Source: a virus (Duplodnaviria > Caudoviricetes). Taken from it: a stretch of 64,000 bases of DNA. The notes under the pieces are model-generated. The model saw only the letters and a list, made by a program, of their open reading frames with translations, was not told the origin of the DNA and made no database searches. The stretch covers positions 12,409-76,408 of IMG/VR virus record IMGVR_UViG_3300046678_000974. One strand, 5' to 3'. The translations under genes were made by a program, and so were the position numbers. This document shows, piece by piece, positions 48,474 to 57,119 of the stretch (the stretch's first letter is position 1; each line of letters opens with the position of its first letter).

Positions 48474-48874
48474 GCGATGCGCTGGCGTCGGTCGGTTAGG
48501 CTAGGCGTCGTCCGTCAGTCTTGCTCGCGGGAACGAGCGGGTTCAGGCAGTACCGCCTTACGGCACACAGACGCATAGTCAATCAACAATAGCGTCCATG
48601 GCGTCCCTCTATCTGATGTTCTGGCACAATTGTGTCAGAACGTCACACCCATCGGAGGCCGACAGGACGAGAGAGCCGTTAAGGCAATCCCAACGTATAA
48701 TCGGTTACCACAGGGGCAATCCGATCGAGTTTAAGCCCCTACACACTGGGTGAAAGAGCGCGGTGACTTCTGCCTCCGCCTTTTAGACCCCCAATCGCCT
48801 TGGACGATTGAGACAAAAACTCTGCTGGCCAGAGAGCTTGCGGTCTTTATAGCCCCTCGCCGGTCAGCCGTCAA
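48474..48874 (-). promoter_or_regulatory. Sigma70 promoter plus ~365-nt structured leader
   Basis: TTGACG-17-TATAAA (48874-48846); several stems downstream; no ORF of 60 aa or more. Confidence 0.6.
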
Positions 48875-48971
48875 ATGACATTATTGTGATCAGATATCCC
48901 CTTGACAAACCATCCAATTCGTGCTAGCCGTCATATGAGACAAATCTATTTTTTAAGACACCCCCTAGAAA

Positions 48972-48998
48972 GATATGGGGACGAAATGTCCCCATATC
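48972..48998. terminator. Hairpin terminator
   Basis: gatatggggac-gaaat-gtccccatatc perfect 11-bp stem right after a stop codon. Confidence 0.65.
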
Positions 48999-48999
48999 A

Positions 49000-49266
49000 T
49001 CAGTTGGGCAGTTCTTCGTTCTTTGTAAGCGCTTTCCGCAAATCGCGAATGAGATTGTTGAACTCGATTAGATATCGTTCCAGTTCAGCGTCGGATTGGT
49101 TGCTAACAATCTCCTCAACCAAAGTAGCCGCCACAATGGTAGCCTCCCTTATACTGAAGTGGTGGGCGACACACTGTTGCGTAATATAATGCGTAAACGC
49201 ACGTATCTCATTCATTTTGTCACTCATGCCGTCACTCATGCCGTCACTCCCTCGGTTCAGGAACAA
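49000..49266 (-). CDS. Hypothetical protein
   Basis: Small early-region ORF; 12-bp tandem repeat gives MSDGMSD starts. Confidence 0.5.
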   Translation of the reverse strand: MFLNRGSDGMSDGMSDKMNEIRAFTHYITQQCVAHHFSIREATIVAATLVEEIVSNQSDAELERYLIEFNNLIRDLRKALTKNEELPN

Positions 49267-49276
49267 ATACCATTGA

Positions 49277-49474
49277 TCAACTATCGCGATTGCGGACCAC
49301 TATCTCGATGTCGTCGTCATCGACACCGTCACTGATCAGTGTCAGGTAAGCGTACTCTGGCTCGTTGTACGTCGTAAGGCGGAAGTCGTATGCGAGGCTG
49401 GCTGTCGTCTCGACTAGGACCTCGCAGTCGTCCGGCAAATTGGAGAGTCCAGTGATCAACTCACGCTTCTTCAT
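49277..49474 (-). CDS. Hypothetical protein flanked by 24-bp direct repeats
   Basis: GGAG RBS; repeat tcggttcaggaacaaataccattg at 49252 and 49498. Confidence 0.55.
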   Translation of the reverse strand: MKKRELITGLSNLPDDCEVLVETTASLAYDFRLTTYNEPEYAYLTLISDGVDDDDIEIVVRNRDS

Positions 49475-49489
49475 GTCATTCTCCTATTG

Positions 49490-49672
49490 CTAGACCTTCG
49501 GTTCAGGAACAAATACCATTGTCAATACAAGCCATCGATCCTTTGCACGACTCCATACCCCACTGCGATAAAGCCAGCCTCCCGGTACCTCTAATCGTTC
49601 TGTTTGATCTGTTTGATCTGACCTATCCGATTCAGATACAATCGTATACCAATGTTCCATTTCGTATCTCAT
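49490..49672 (-). CDS. Hypothetical protein
   Basis: TERLEVPGGWLYR...MVFVP motif typical of small phage proteins. Confidence 0.6.
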   Translation of the reverse strand: MRYEMEHWYTIVSESDRSDQTDQTERLEVPGGWLYRSGVWSRAKDRWLVLTMVFVPEPKV

Positions 49673-49827
49673 TTCTTTAACTCCTTGTCCTCACGCAATA
49701 CTCGCTCTAACAACGCAAGCAGATCATCGATACCCCCCTTACCATTCTTGAGATAATCAAAATACGCCGCCGGATTCTTCTTTTTGATTATCCGTAACGT
49801 CGCATTCAATCTCACGTGTTTGCCCAT
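49669..49827 (-). CDS. Hypothetical protein (52 aa)
   Basis: MGKHVRL...; ATGA overlap with the next gene. Confidence 0.45.
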   Translation of the reverse strand: MGKHVRLNATLRIIKKKNPAAYFDYLKNGKGGIDDLLALLERVLREDKELKK

Positions 49828-50024
49828 TGCCGATACTCCGTATTGTCCGTTACATCCTCCGCATACCAGCCTTGTGTCGCCGTATACTTTCGTCCCATCG
49901 TCGCCCGCAAATATATCATGGCATCCTCCGGCGATTCAGCCCAGCGGTCTAACCCCGCAAGAATCGTCGTACGCTCCCCCACATGCCGTCGATAGCAATA
50001 TAATCGCACTTTGTCGTTCGCCAT
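49812..50024 (-). CDS. Hypothetical protein
   Basis: Packed small ORF. Confidence 0.5.
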   Translation of the reverse strand: MANDKVRLYCYRRHVGERTTILAGLDRWAESPEDAMIYLRATMGRKYTATQGWYAEDVTDNTEYRQWANT

Positions 50025-50485
50025 TATTTCTTCCTCTGATCTACCCCGTGAAGTCGCCCCAATTCATCCGGACTCAATCCCGGATCAAATGACATGCCCA
50101 TGTTTATATCTTGTGAGCGTAATAATAAGTGCACTTGTCTCATCTCTTCCACCGTCATGTACGCCGTCAGCGTCAATTGGTGAACTCCATCCGGTACCTC
50201 AATCACAGACATCGGTACAGGCCCGTCAGTCTTTTCAATCCAATTATCCCCCACAGGCTTGCCGTCAATCGTACACTCCGTTACAATATCGTCAATGTCA
50301 GTATCGCCGCTGGTTTCCTTTCGTCGCGTCCGCCAACTGAACGATCCATTACATAGTTTCTCAATCTGTTCATCGTCGTCCTCCGCCTCGATCCGTATCC
50401 GTCCCTCCATCGTTTCGTAATGCGTGATCTGGCGAACCAAATATCCTTCATATCGAGCCATGTCATGCCCTCCTACTGCCGTCAT
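50024..50485 (-). CDS. Hypothetical protein
   Basis: GGAGG RBS before MARYEG. Confidence 0.55.
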   Translation of the reverse strand: MTAVGGHDMARYEGYLVRQITHYETMEGRIRIEAEDDDEQIEKLCNGSFSWRTRRKETSGDTDIDDIVTECTIDGKPVGDNWIEKTDGPVPMSVIEVPDGVHQLTLTAYMTVEEMRQVHLLLRSQDINMGMSFDPGLSPDELGRLHGVDQRKK

Positions 50486-50515
50486 ACATCATTGTATCAA
50501 TATATCAAGTCACGT

Positions 50516-50761
50516 TCACGTTATCTCACGTACCCAATCATACGGCGCGTTCCAATCGCTGCCAGCAACAGTGTAGTCTTCGTCCTCCGGTATCTCTTCG
50601 TCGCGAATCATTTCAGCCAAATATTCCTCCGCCGCCGTCCGTGTAGCGAACTCTAATAGACCATACTCCATACCGTCAGGATCAATAATTGTCCAATATT
50701 CCGGCACAATCTCCCAATCTACATTCTCAGTTCCCTCCATCATGTCTAAATTGAATCGCAT
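50516..50761 (-). CDS. Hypothetical acidic protein
   Basis: Small ORF. Confidence 0.5.
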   Translation of the reverse strand: MRFNLDMMEGTENVDWEIVPEYWTIIDPDGMEYGLLEFATRTAAEEYLAEMIRDEEIPEDEDYTVAGSDWNAPYDWVREIT

Positions 50762-51007
50762 GGCGTTGTCGCGACAATCATCCTTATAGCCCTTGGGATG
50801 ATAGAAACCACAGCCGTCACATTCATGTCACCCCCTGATTTACCCCCTATTGGCATGGTTTTTGGGGGCGGATAACTAGGGTGAGGCGTCATAACTCAGG
50901 ACAGAGTCCCGTGCCACGTGCGGGGTCGCGTCGGTGCAAGTCCGGCTGGCGCCATCAGATTATAGTCCTCCTATTGGGGCGGCAGTACACCGCCCCAAAT
51001 TGATTCG

Positions 51008-51202
51008 TCAGCCGTTAGCCCAGTCAGCCCATATTGGCAATTCTATTTCCGCCTGTCCAGCCTCACGCCAGCCCTCGGTCCAAGACTGCCACAATTCAAG
51101 TTCATACTCTGTCTCCCACCCAGAATAGGGATTATCCTCAATCCCATATTCGCCCATCACATACGCTTCCCACCCTTCATTGAACGCTACTTGCGGGTTC
51201 AT
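51008..51202 (-). CDS. Small protein with ribosome-modulation-factor-like motif
   Basis: AFNEGWEAY...NPY...QSWTEGWREA. Confidence 0.45.
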   Translation of the reverse strand: MNPQVAFNEGWEAYVMGEYGIEDNPYSGWETEYELELWQSWTEGWREAGQAEIELPIWADWANG

Positions 51203-51277
51203 GACTCATCCCAACATACCAAGAGTGACATAACACCAACAAAACCAACACCACAAAACAACAGGATTAACATGTCC

Positions 51278-51694
51278 CTAGACTCCTACTTGCTCAGTGA
51301 CACGTAACCACCCACGCTTCATGAACATGTCATAATCAGCACGTACGTCACTATTGTCACGTTTCGCTACATGTCCCGCAGCAATATCCGCCAACGAATA
51401 TGTTTCGCGTGCATCAAACGGATAGATTCCGCGATCCGTAATGATATGCAAAGCCTCTTGTATCCGCTTAAACCGTACAGCCACACCATATTCAGCACAC
51501 AAGGATTGTAGCCGGTCGTATGTGGTCCGAGTCGGCCAGCAACACATGCCTATAACAATGTCGCCCCCAGATACCTTGTACGCAATGCAGTTTTCAAACA
51601 GAAACAACTTGTCCCCAGTACTCCGAGTATTGCGCAAAGTCTTTTGCTGGCCAGCCTTAAACGCCGCCGCTATACGCATTCCGGTTACTCGCAT
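51278..51694 (-). CDS. Hypothetical early protein
   Basis: First gene behind the leftward copy of the repeated promoter. Confidence 0.6.
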   Translation of the reverse strand: MRVTGMRIAAAFKAGQQKTLRNTRSTGDKLFLFENCIAYKVSGGDIVIGMCCWPTRTTYDRLQSLCAEYGVAVRFKRIQEALHIITDRGIYPFDARETYSLADIAAGHVAKRDNSDVRADYDMFMKRGWLRVTEQVGV

Positions 51695-51718
51695 TGTCTT
51701 GTTCCTTTCGGTCTATCG

Positions 51719-51877
51719 GCTTTCGTGACTCTTAGATAGGGCATATCGTCCAAAGTAGCAAGGGTTTTTTACCCTATCTTACATCACGAAACCGTGTATC
51801 ACGAAAACGAGAGCAAGCAAAAAAACTATTGCCCTCCCTGACAAAATGCCCTACATAAGATTCACGAAAGCAGCGAA
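51719..51877. promoter_or_regulatory. Divergent pair of repeated early promoters (copies C and A)
   Basis: TTGCTA-17-TATCTA..TCACGAAAGC (minus strand) and TTGCCC-17-TACATA..TCACGAAAGC (plus strand). Confidence 0.7.
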
Positions 51878-51910
51878 ACCCCGAAACAATGCCATAGGGA
51901 ACAGAGACAA

Positions 51911-52249
51911 ATGACCGATGCAATCGATTTCCGCCAGTTTTTGAATGGCGAACGCACATATGAGCGGTTCTGGCAAATGAGTCCTCGGGACCAAAGTGTC
52001 ATATGGAATAGCCTGAAAGAGACAGAAAAGGTTACATTCAGGGACTTACGCTGCCTTAGCCCGCAACTGCGCGGATATGAAGGATATCGAGTCGAAGTTT
52101 CAGGCGAGCATTACAAGTATCGCTTTATTGTCGGACGCTCGACGGGCTGGAAACCGGTGCATCTTGAAATCAAAACCAAACGCTCGCACGGAGGCGGTGC
52201 TGCATCTAAGTTTTATGACAGTGTCAAGGTAATAGAGCGCGTTCGCTAA
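51911..52249 (+). CDS. Hypothetical early protein
   Basis: CLSPQLRGYEGYRVEV...RFIVGRSTGWKPVHLEIK motif. Confidence 0.65.
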   Translation: MTDAIDFRQFLNGERTYERFWQMSPRDQSVIWNSLKETEKVTFRDLRCLSPQLRGYEGYRVEVSGEHYKYRFIVGRSTGWKPVHLEIKTKRSHGGGAASKFYDSVKVIERVR

Positions 52250-52287
52250 TCGTTAGCCGAATATTACCCCCCTGAAGGGATAAGACA

Positions 52288-52569
52288 ATGGTCGTAGTGG
52301 AATATCGGTTGCGGCGACAGACTCTCGAAAATGATACTGATTGGTCGGATGTCTATCGTTGCGAATATACCCCTGCTACACAACACAAATATCTTTGGCC
52401 GAGAGAAATCGCAAAAGCAATCGCAAAGTCTCACCGAATTGGAAAAGTCGCCCTAGTTGCAATTAACACCGAGGAAAGAGATACCGAACTCGGTCATTTG
52501 ACACGGTTTTGTATTTGGGCCGAAACACCAAAAAAGCGTACGGATATGGACATAATCATTCTTGAATAG
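52288..52569 (+). CDS. Hypothetical early protein
   Basis: AAGGG RBS. Confidence 0.55.
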   Translation: MVVVEYRLRRQTLENDTDWSDVYRCEYTPATQHKYLWPREIAKAIAKSHRIGKVALVAINTEERDTELGHLTRFCIWAETPKKRTDMDIIILE

Positions 52570-52586
52570 CTAGATACCGCCTACAC

Positions 52587-52684
52587 TCTTACATCACGAA
52601 ACCGTGTATCACGAAAACGAGAGCAAGCAAAAAACTATTGCCCCCTGACAAAATGCCCTATATAAGACTCACGAAAGCAGCGAA
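52587..52684 (+). repeat. Second copy (B) of the ~100-bp promoter cassette
   Basis: Near-identical to 51777-51877. Confidence 0.85.
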
Positions 52685-52696
52685 GGGATCAAGACA

Positions 52697-52903
52697 ATGG
52701 CAAAGCAGTACACGGTCGTGGTTTATGACAACGTGTTTTCGATGGAAGGGATAGCCCGTCGTACGAGTCCAACGTTGGCCAAGGCGAAAATATTAGCCAA
52801 GGCCATGTATGCGGAGCATCGCGGGTATCCTGATAGGGCGGTATGGGTATTCGCCGGTAGCGAGCACATGCTTTCGCCAATCGTGTTTGAGATTACCCCC
52901 TGA
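52697..52903 (+). CDS. Hypothetical early protein
   Basis: Behind promoter copy B. Confidence 0.6.
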   Translation: MAKQYTVVVYDNVFSMEGIARRTSPTLAKAKILAKAMYAEHRGYPDRAVWVFAGSEHMLSPIVFEITP

Positions 52904-52957
52904 AAGCCCGGAGGACCGATGATACAAGGTTCGGTTTATCCGCGTGATGCTGGGCTT

Positions 52958-53034
52958 GCCAAGGAGGGTTGACGATGGGTGGGGGCGGCTAACAACTGCC
53001 CCCTTACGTCTCGGTTCAAATCCGAGCGTTGGCA
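52958..53034 (+). tRNA. tRNA-like element or pseudo-tRNA (anticodon position AAC, Val)
   Basis: Acceptor GCCAAGG/CGTTGGC-A (6/7 pairs); T-arm CTCGG-TTCAAAT-CCGAG; anticodon arm with loop CTAACAA; no D-stem; no encoded CCA. Confidence 0.5.
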
Positions 53035-53045
53035 TACCGCAACCC

Positions 53046-53291
53046 TCAAAACAATTGTCTCTGTTTTGTCCATTCTTCCAGCCGTTTATAGGAACCAGCA
53101 CATAGATCACGCTCGATGATCGCCTTGTTTGCCACGGATGCGGCGGTGTTCGCCCATTTTACAAGAGTCGGTAGTGAACGACCCGGAGGTGGTGGGGTCG
53201 GTAGAACGGCTTCGTGTGTGCATGTACCGACCGGCGGCGCTGTCATGCAACTAGATAAGCAAAGCATCGCAAGGAATATTCCTACTTTCAT
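53046..53291 (-). CDS. Lipoprotein, o-spanin (Rz1)-like candidate
   Basis: Signal peptide with lipobox LSSC; Pro-rich stretch; CAG near the C-terminus. Confidence 0.5.
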   Translation of the reverse strand: MKVGIFLAMLCLSSCMTAPPVGTCTHEAVLPTPPPPGRSLPTLVKWANTAASVANKAIIERDLCAGSYKRLEEWTKQRQLF

Positions 53292-53689
53292 CGTCTCGGA
53301 CCCGCCAACCGCTGTCCAACAGCTTGTGCTACATCGCCGCGTAGATTATCAATCGATGCTCGCAATCCTTCGATTTGCAGACGCAAATCTTTGTTAGCAT
53401 CACGACCCTCTGTCAGCCGCACTTTGAGATCGTCAACAGTCTCGCGGGAAACACCGATACGTACGGCAAGCTGCAACTCGCCAACATTATGTTCTAGCGA
53501 TGTGACTTTTTCGGCAATTACATCGACATTCGCGGTCTTGGCTTGAGTAAGCAGTTGGCCGCCGCCAAATGTTGTGAGTAACGCCGCAGCGTAAATCATG
53601 TCCTTACGCCCGAAAGTAAGGGAACTGTTGCCATTGTCTTCAGCCATCCAGATTCCTAAAAGTGGTATAACCATCGTTTTCCACGGCAT
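53288..53689 (-). CDS. Membrane-anchored coiled-coil protein (i-spanin-like candidate)
   Basis: Hydrophobic segment followed by heptads; ATGA-coupled to the lipoprotein gene. Confidence 0.4.
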   Translation of the reverse strand: MPWKTMVIPLLGIWMAEDNGNSSLTFGRKDMIYAAALLTTFGGGQLLTQAKTANVDVIAEKVTSLEHNVGELQLAVRIGVSRETVDDLKVRLTEGRDANKDLRLQIEGLRASIDNLRGDVAQAVGQRLAGPRR

Positions 53690-53821
53690 ACTGGACCATT
53701 ATTTACCGCTTGTACAGCGTCTTCCTAGCGTTGCCCGGCGGAGGATAACTAGGGCAATGAGCGAAACTAGCGACGAACGGCCCTCGAAAGGGGGCCGTTT
53801 TCATGTCTAAATACCCTCGTT

Positions 53822-54253
53822 ATGAGCGAAACTAGCAGCGTCCCAGATATACAAGAGAGTCGCAAGGTGGTTGATAACCCCATAAAAAGAGACTCTAAAG
53901 GGCGTGTTTTGCCCGGAAAAAGCCTCAATCCGCATGGTAGGCCACGGGTTAGAACGGTTATAGAACAGTTGAACGCAAAGGGCTTCGATTGTATTGAGGA
54001 AGCCATTGAACTGTTTCAAAACCCAAAGACAACAACATATGTCAAATGGGACATACTCAAGGAACTGTTGTCCTACCAGTACGCTAAGCTACGTACGGTT
54101 GCAGTCACGAATCCCGACGGCGAACAAGCGTCTATCAAGATATCGTGGGACACAAATGATGCTAAGCAACAGTTCGTTGACCATATGCAAAACGTTCACG
54201 ATAACGTGAAGGACGCTATCTTAGCCGATGATGATAACGATAAAGACTGTTGA
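53822..54253 (+). CDS. Terminase small subunit-like protein (DUF5681-type)
   Basis: RDSKGRVLPGKSLNPHGRPR motif followed by helices. Confidence 0.6.
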   Translation: MSETSSVPDIQESRKVVDNPIKRDSKGRVLPGKSLNPHGRPRVRTVIEQLNAKGFDCIEEAIELFQNPKTTTYVKWDILKELLSYQYAKLRTVAVTNPDGEQASIKISWDTNDAKQQFVDHMQNVHDNVKDAILADDDNDKDC

Positions 54254-54760
54254 TTAACCGTATCTGTTACCGTATCTGTTGCATGCCTTAATATACCATG
54301 AAGGTCTAGCGTTCATATAGCGTGGCCAAACGCTAGATGCAATCGTATATCAGCGTGTACACGCGTTCGTGATTAACGTTAGTAGCACATAGCAAGAACA
54401 TATGTAGACTGTTGATATACGGTCTAACTAACCGTAACTAAGTCATTGATATCATTGAGATAATAAGACGTGATAATAGCCCTTCTCACGTTAAAACCTA
54501 CGGTTGCATAACAGTCCGTATCGTGCAACCAAGCGTTCACATACGCGTGTATCACGCTAACGTGTATTGACCATATCGATATGGCACAATGCACAATCCA
54601 TTGCGTATTGTGAGGGGGGGTGGGGCATACCCGTCTTGGGGTTTTGAAGGGCGCACGCAAAAAAGCGGCCACGGTTCAAATATAACTTGACACTCCAGAA
54701 CCTCTTGATATATTGAGACCTCACATGGAGGGATGGTGATGACCCGGTTGTTGGTTTACG
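54254..54760. other. Non-coding region at a strand-composition switch (origin or packaging/terminus site candidate)
   Basis: Tandem ccgtatctgtt repeat, many short palindromes, G-run gaggggggggtgggg; plus strand is C-rich to the left and G/T-rich to the right. Confidence 0.45.
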
Positions 54761-54761
54761 G

Positions 54762-54980
54762 ATGATGCAATGTCTGGAATATACTGGATCGGCCAGCAAT
54801 TGGCCGAGGATATTTGCATGGTGTGAAGATCAGTTCGAGGGTGAGTTTCGGGCGTATTCTGCTATGAACAGTCTATTGTTGTTCATCCATGATGAGATGG
54901 ATATATTCAAGTTCACGGTTGCTTGGGGTGCTCATCCGCCGAGTGATATTTCGAAATATCATCGCCCGTATCGGGTTTGA
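54762..54980 (+). CDS. Hypothetical protein
   Basis: Small ORF. Confidence 0.45.
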   Translation: MMQCLEYTGSASNWPRIFAWCEDQFEGEFRAYSAMNSLLLFIHDEMDIFKFTVAWGAHPPSDISKYHRPYRV

Positions 54981-55305
54981 GTTGACAGCGACATAGTTTG
55001 GTATGTTCTTCGAGTGCGGACAAGCGGCGTTCGAGGCTTTCCCAGAAGTCCCGTGGGCGGAAGTCGCGTTTGATATTTCCCAGTTCGTTTTCATGTCCCT
55101 GCACCTGTAGCCGAAGCGTTTGTAGAATGCCGGTACCATGGGTTTCGATTTCGGTGATTCTGGCGGAATTGACTTCGATTTGTCGCAGACTGGCGCCGAC
55201 ATAGAGTACTGAGCCGCCTATACCGAATAACAGACCGACTACGGCGACGACAGTCGCTTTACCTACATCAACATGGAAGTTCGAGCCATTACCGTTATCG
55301 CTCAT
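54913..55305 (-). CDS. Single-TM coiled-coil membrane protein
   Basis: MSDNG...ATVVAVVGLLFGIGGSVLYVG TM segment. Confidence 0.55.
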   Translation of the reverse strand: MSDNGNGSNFHVDVGKATVVAVVGLLFGIGGSVLYVGASLRQIEVNSARITEIETHGTGILQTLRLQVQGHENELGNIKRDFRPRDFWESLERRLSALEEHTKLCRCQLKPDTGDDISKYHSADEHPKQP

Positions 55306-55460
55306 CGAATATTTACCTTGACACCCCAGAACCACTTGATATATTGACATCCTCTTCAACAAGGTAAAAGCAATGGAACTGCGGTATAAGGTAAGGTTCG
55401 AGGCGTTCAGCGATTTCTGTCGGTTTCTCAACTACTGTCAGGCGATCCCGTTACCGGTGA

Positions 55461-55718
55461 GTGGCTTCTTTGCCGATAGTATCAACAGGAGTTACAGTGA
55501 TGGAAGACCCCTATACTGACGAAGAGCTAGCTCCGTACGATGCTGAGGGTGCGATGATAGACCTTGAATTGAACATTGCCATAAAGATGCATAGCGACAT
55601 TTTGCGTGAGATGAAGGCATATGTCAAAAGCGATTCCTTGGCGCGGGTCAGCGGCATCGTTGATGCATTACAGATGATATTGCGGGAGGAGTATCTCTGT
55701 ATGGAAAGGCTTAGTTGA
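55461..55718 (+). CDS. Hypothetical protein
   Basis: Small ORF. Confidence 0.45.
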   Translation: MASLPIVSTGVTVMEDPYTDEELAPYDAEGAMIDLELNIAIKMHSDILREMKAYVKSDSLARVSGIVDALQMILREEYLCMERLS

Positions 55719-55782
55719 TGGATACATGGTGGGCGGTATGGTTATCAGCCTTGGTATTGCTGATTGTGGTGACGATATTCTA

Positions 55783-55894
55783 TTGACAGGTTGATAGGGA
55801 TTTGATATAAGGGGATTGTACCTCTCGGCAGGGTACATTTCTTGTGGTGAGAAGAACGGCGGAGGTTAGCGACTGCAACCCCGCCGTTTTCTTT
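55783..55894 (+). ncRNA. Candidate ~80-nt small RNA
   Basis: TTGACA-17-TATAAG promoter; hairpin tgtacc..gggtaca; terminator aacggcgg..ccgccgttttcttt; no ORF. Confidence 0.5.
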
Positions 55895-55902
55895 ATCTGG
55901 TA

Positions 55903-56136
55903 TTAGGTATCATCTTTTTGTGCAAGCAGGACGTCTTTGACCTGTGAACTGCGCGATGATCCGAAATAAAAGCCTGTTACGGCGCCGATGCCTGATCCGA
56001 CGACCAGACCGGCGATGCTATTCATAATAGCTGCATCGCCTCTCCAGAACACACCGAGCACGGTACCTGCGACGATGATCAGGATGATGATCGCGACGAT
56101 AGATTGTGGTGAAAGCAACGAATCGGTATGGATCAC
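55903..56136 (-). CDS. Holin-like two-TM protein
   Basis: IVAIIILIIVAGTVLGVFW and IAGLVVGSGIGAVTGFYFGSSRSSQVKD; GTG start assumed. Confidence 0.7.
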   Translation of the reverse strand: MIHTDSLLSPQSIVAIIILIIVAGTVLGVFWRGDAAIMNSIAGLVVGSGIGAVTGFYFGSSRSSQVKDVLLAQKDDT

Positions 56137-56155
56137 GAGTTCTGGTCGGAAATGG

Positions 56156-56542
56156 TCATTCGTCTTTGAGTAGTTTATCGAATTGCGCTTCGAGATCATC
56201 CATTTTGGTCTCGATGTCATGCAGGGTGACATCGTCATCGAAGATGGCATGATCCATATCTTCGATTTCAGAGAGTTCGTCTTCTAGATGATTCCATGCG
56301 GCTCGCCATTCTGCCTTGCGCAGATGATAGGCGATATAGGCTTCGACCTTCTCCATCGTTACGACGGCATGACCCGGTCGATTGCGGTTCATAAAGAAGG
56401 CGTCATGTAGGAAGTAGGCGATCTCGGTGCGCTCATTTTCGCTGGCATCACGGAGTATCTGACCCAACCTGATCTCTTGATTGATCTGTGCGATCACGTT
56501 GTTGGTCAGGTCGGTGATCAGGTCGTGGGTTGTGTTATCCAT
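56156..56542 (-). CDS. Hypothetical protein
   Basis: 128 aa, coiled-coil C-terminus. Confidence 0.55.
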   Translation of the reverse strand: MDNTTHDLITDLTNNVIAQINQEIRLGQILRDASENERTEIAYFLHDAFFMNRNRPGHAVVTMEKVEAYIAYHLRKAEWRAAWNHLEDELSEIEDMDHAIFDDDVTLHDIETKMDDLEAQFDKLLKDE

Positions 56543-56621
56543 AGGGGTTTCTCCTCATGGGTTATTTACTCGGGTCGATCGGCCAAAGGTAAATAAGGGG
56601 ATCATATAAGGAGCTAAAGCT

Positions 56622-56882
56622 ATGGCGACAACAGATGGCACTGAGATGGCCGTGAATCCTTTTCATGAGCGGGTGGGCAAGCTATTGGGTGAGTTTGTCG
56701 GCAAGCCGGTGACCAGCGGCTTGGTCAATGAACTGACGTCACGGGTGAGCAAACAATCGGGGGTGACCTCGGTGATCAGTGAACAGACTGGCAGTGGCAT
56801 CAAGTTGATGGTCAACCATGTTGAGGGGGTATTTCATTGGCTGATCAATGAGACGGTGACCCTGATCAAACATAAAATCTGA
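56622..56882 (+). CDS. Hypothetical protein
   Basis: AAGGAG RBS. Confidence 0.55.
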   Translation: MATTDGTEMAVNPFHERVGKLLGEFVGKPVTSGLVNELTSRVSKQSGVTSVISEQTGSGIKLMVNHVEGVFHWLINETVTLIKHKI

Positions 56883-57037
56883 TGAAGATCGATATTGATC
56901 CTGACAAATATGCGAAGTATAAGATGCTGTTGAGACCAATTGGTGTATTTGCATTACCACCATCTGATTTCACTGATCATTTGCTGACGCATGTATTGCT
57001 AATTTTGGAAAATACGAAGCCGCGCACCGATGACTGA
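56882..57037 (+). CDS. Hypothetical protein (51 aa)
   Basis: TGATG coupling; MKIDIDPDKY... Confidence 0.45.
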   Translation: MKIDIDPDKYAKYKMLLRPIGVFALPPSDFTDHLLTHVLLILENTKPRTDD

Positions 57038-57119
57038 TTGCCAGCAGGCATCACCGAATAGGGCTTGACAGGTTGATCTCTTTAATTTACATATATTTGT
57101 GTATATCTGGAGAGTAAGC

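Noticed and set aside
50762-50830. ECDGCGFYHP...DCRD fragment in frame upstream of the 81-aa ORF
   Set aside because: It is preceded by an in-frame TGA with no start; a frameshifted remnant is possible, but the evidence is too thin.
50870-53754. 12-bp repeat ggataactaggg at 50870 and 53743
   Set aside because: Too short, with no consistent context; could be chance or an RBS-like sequence.
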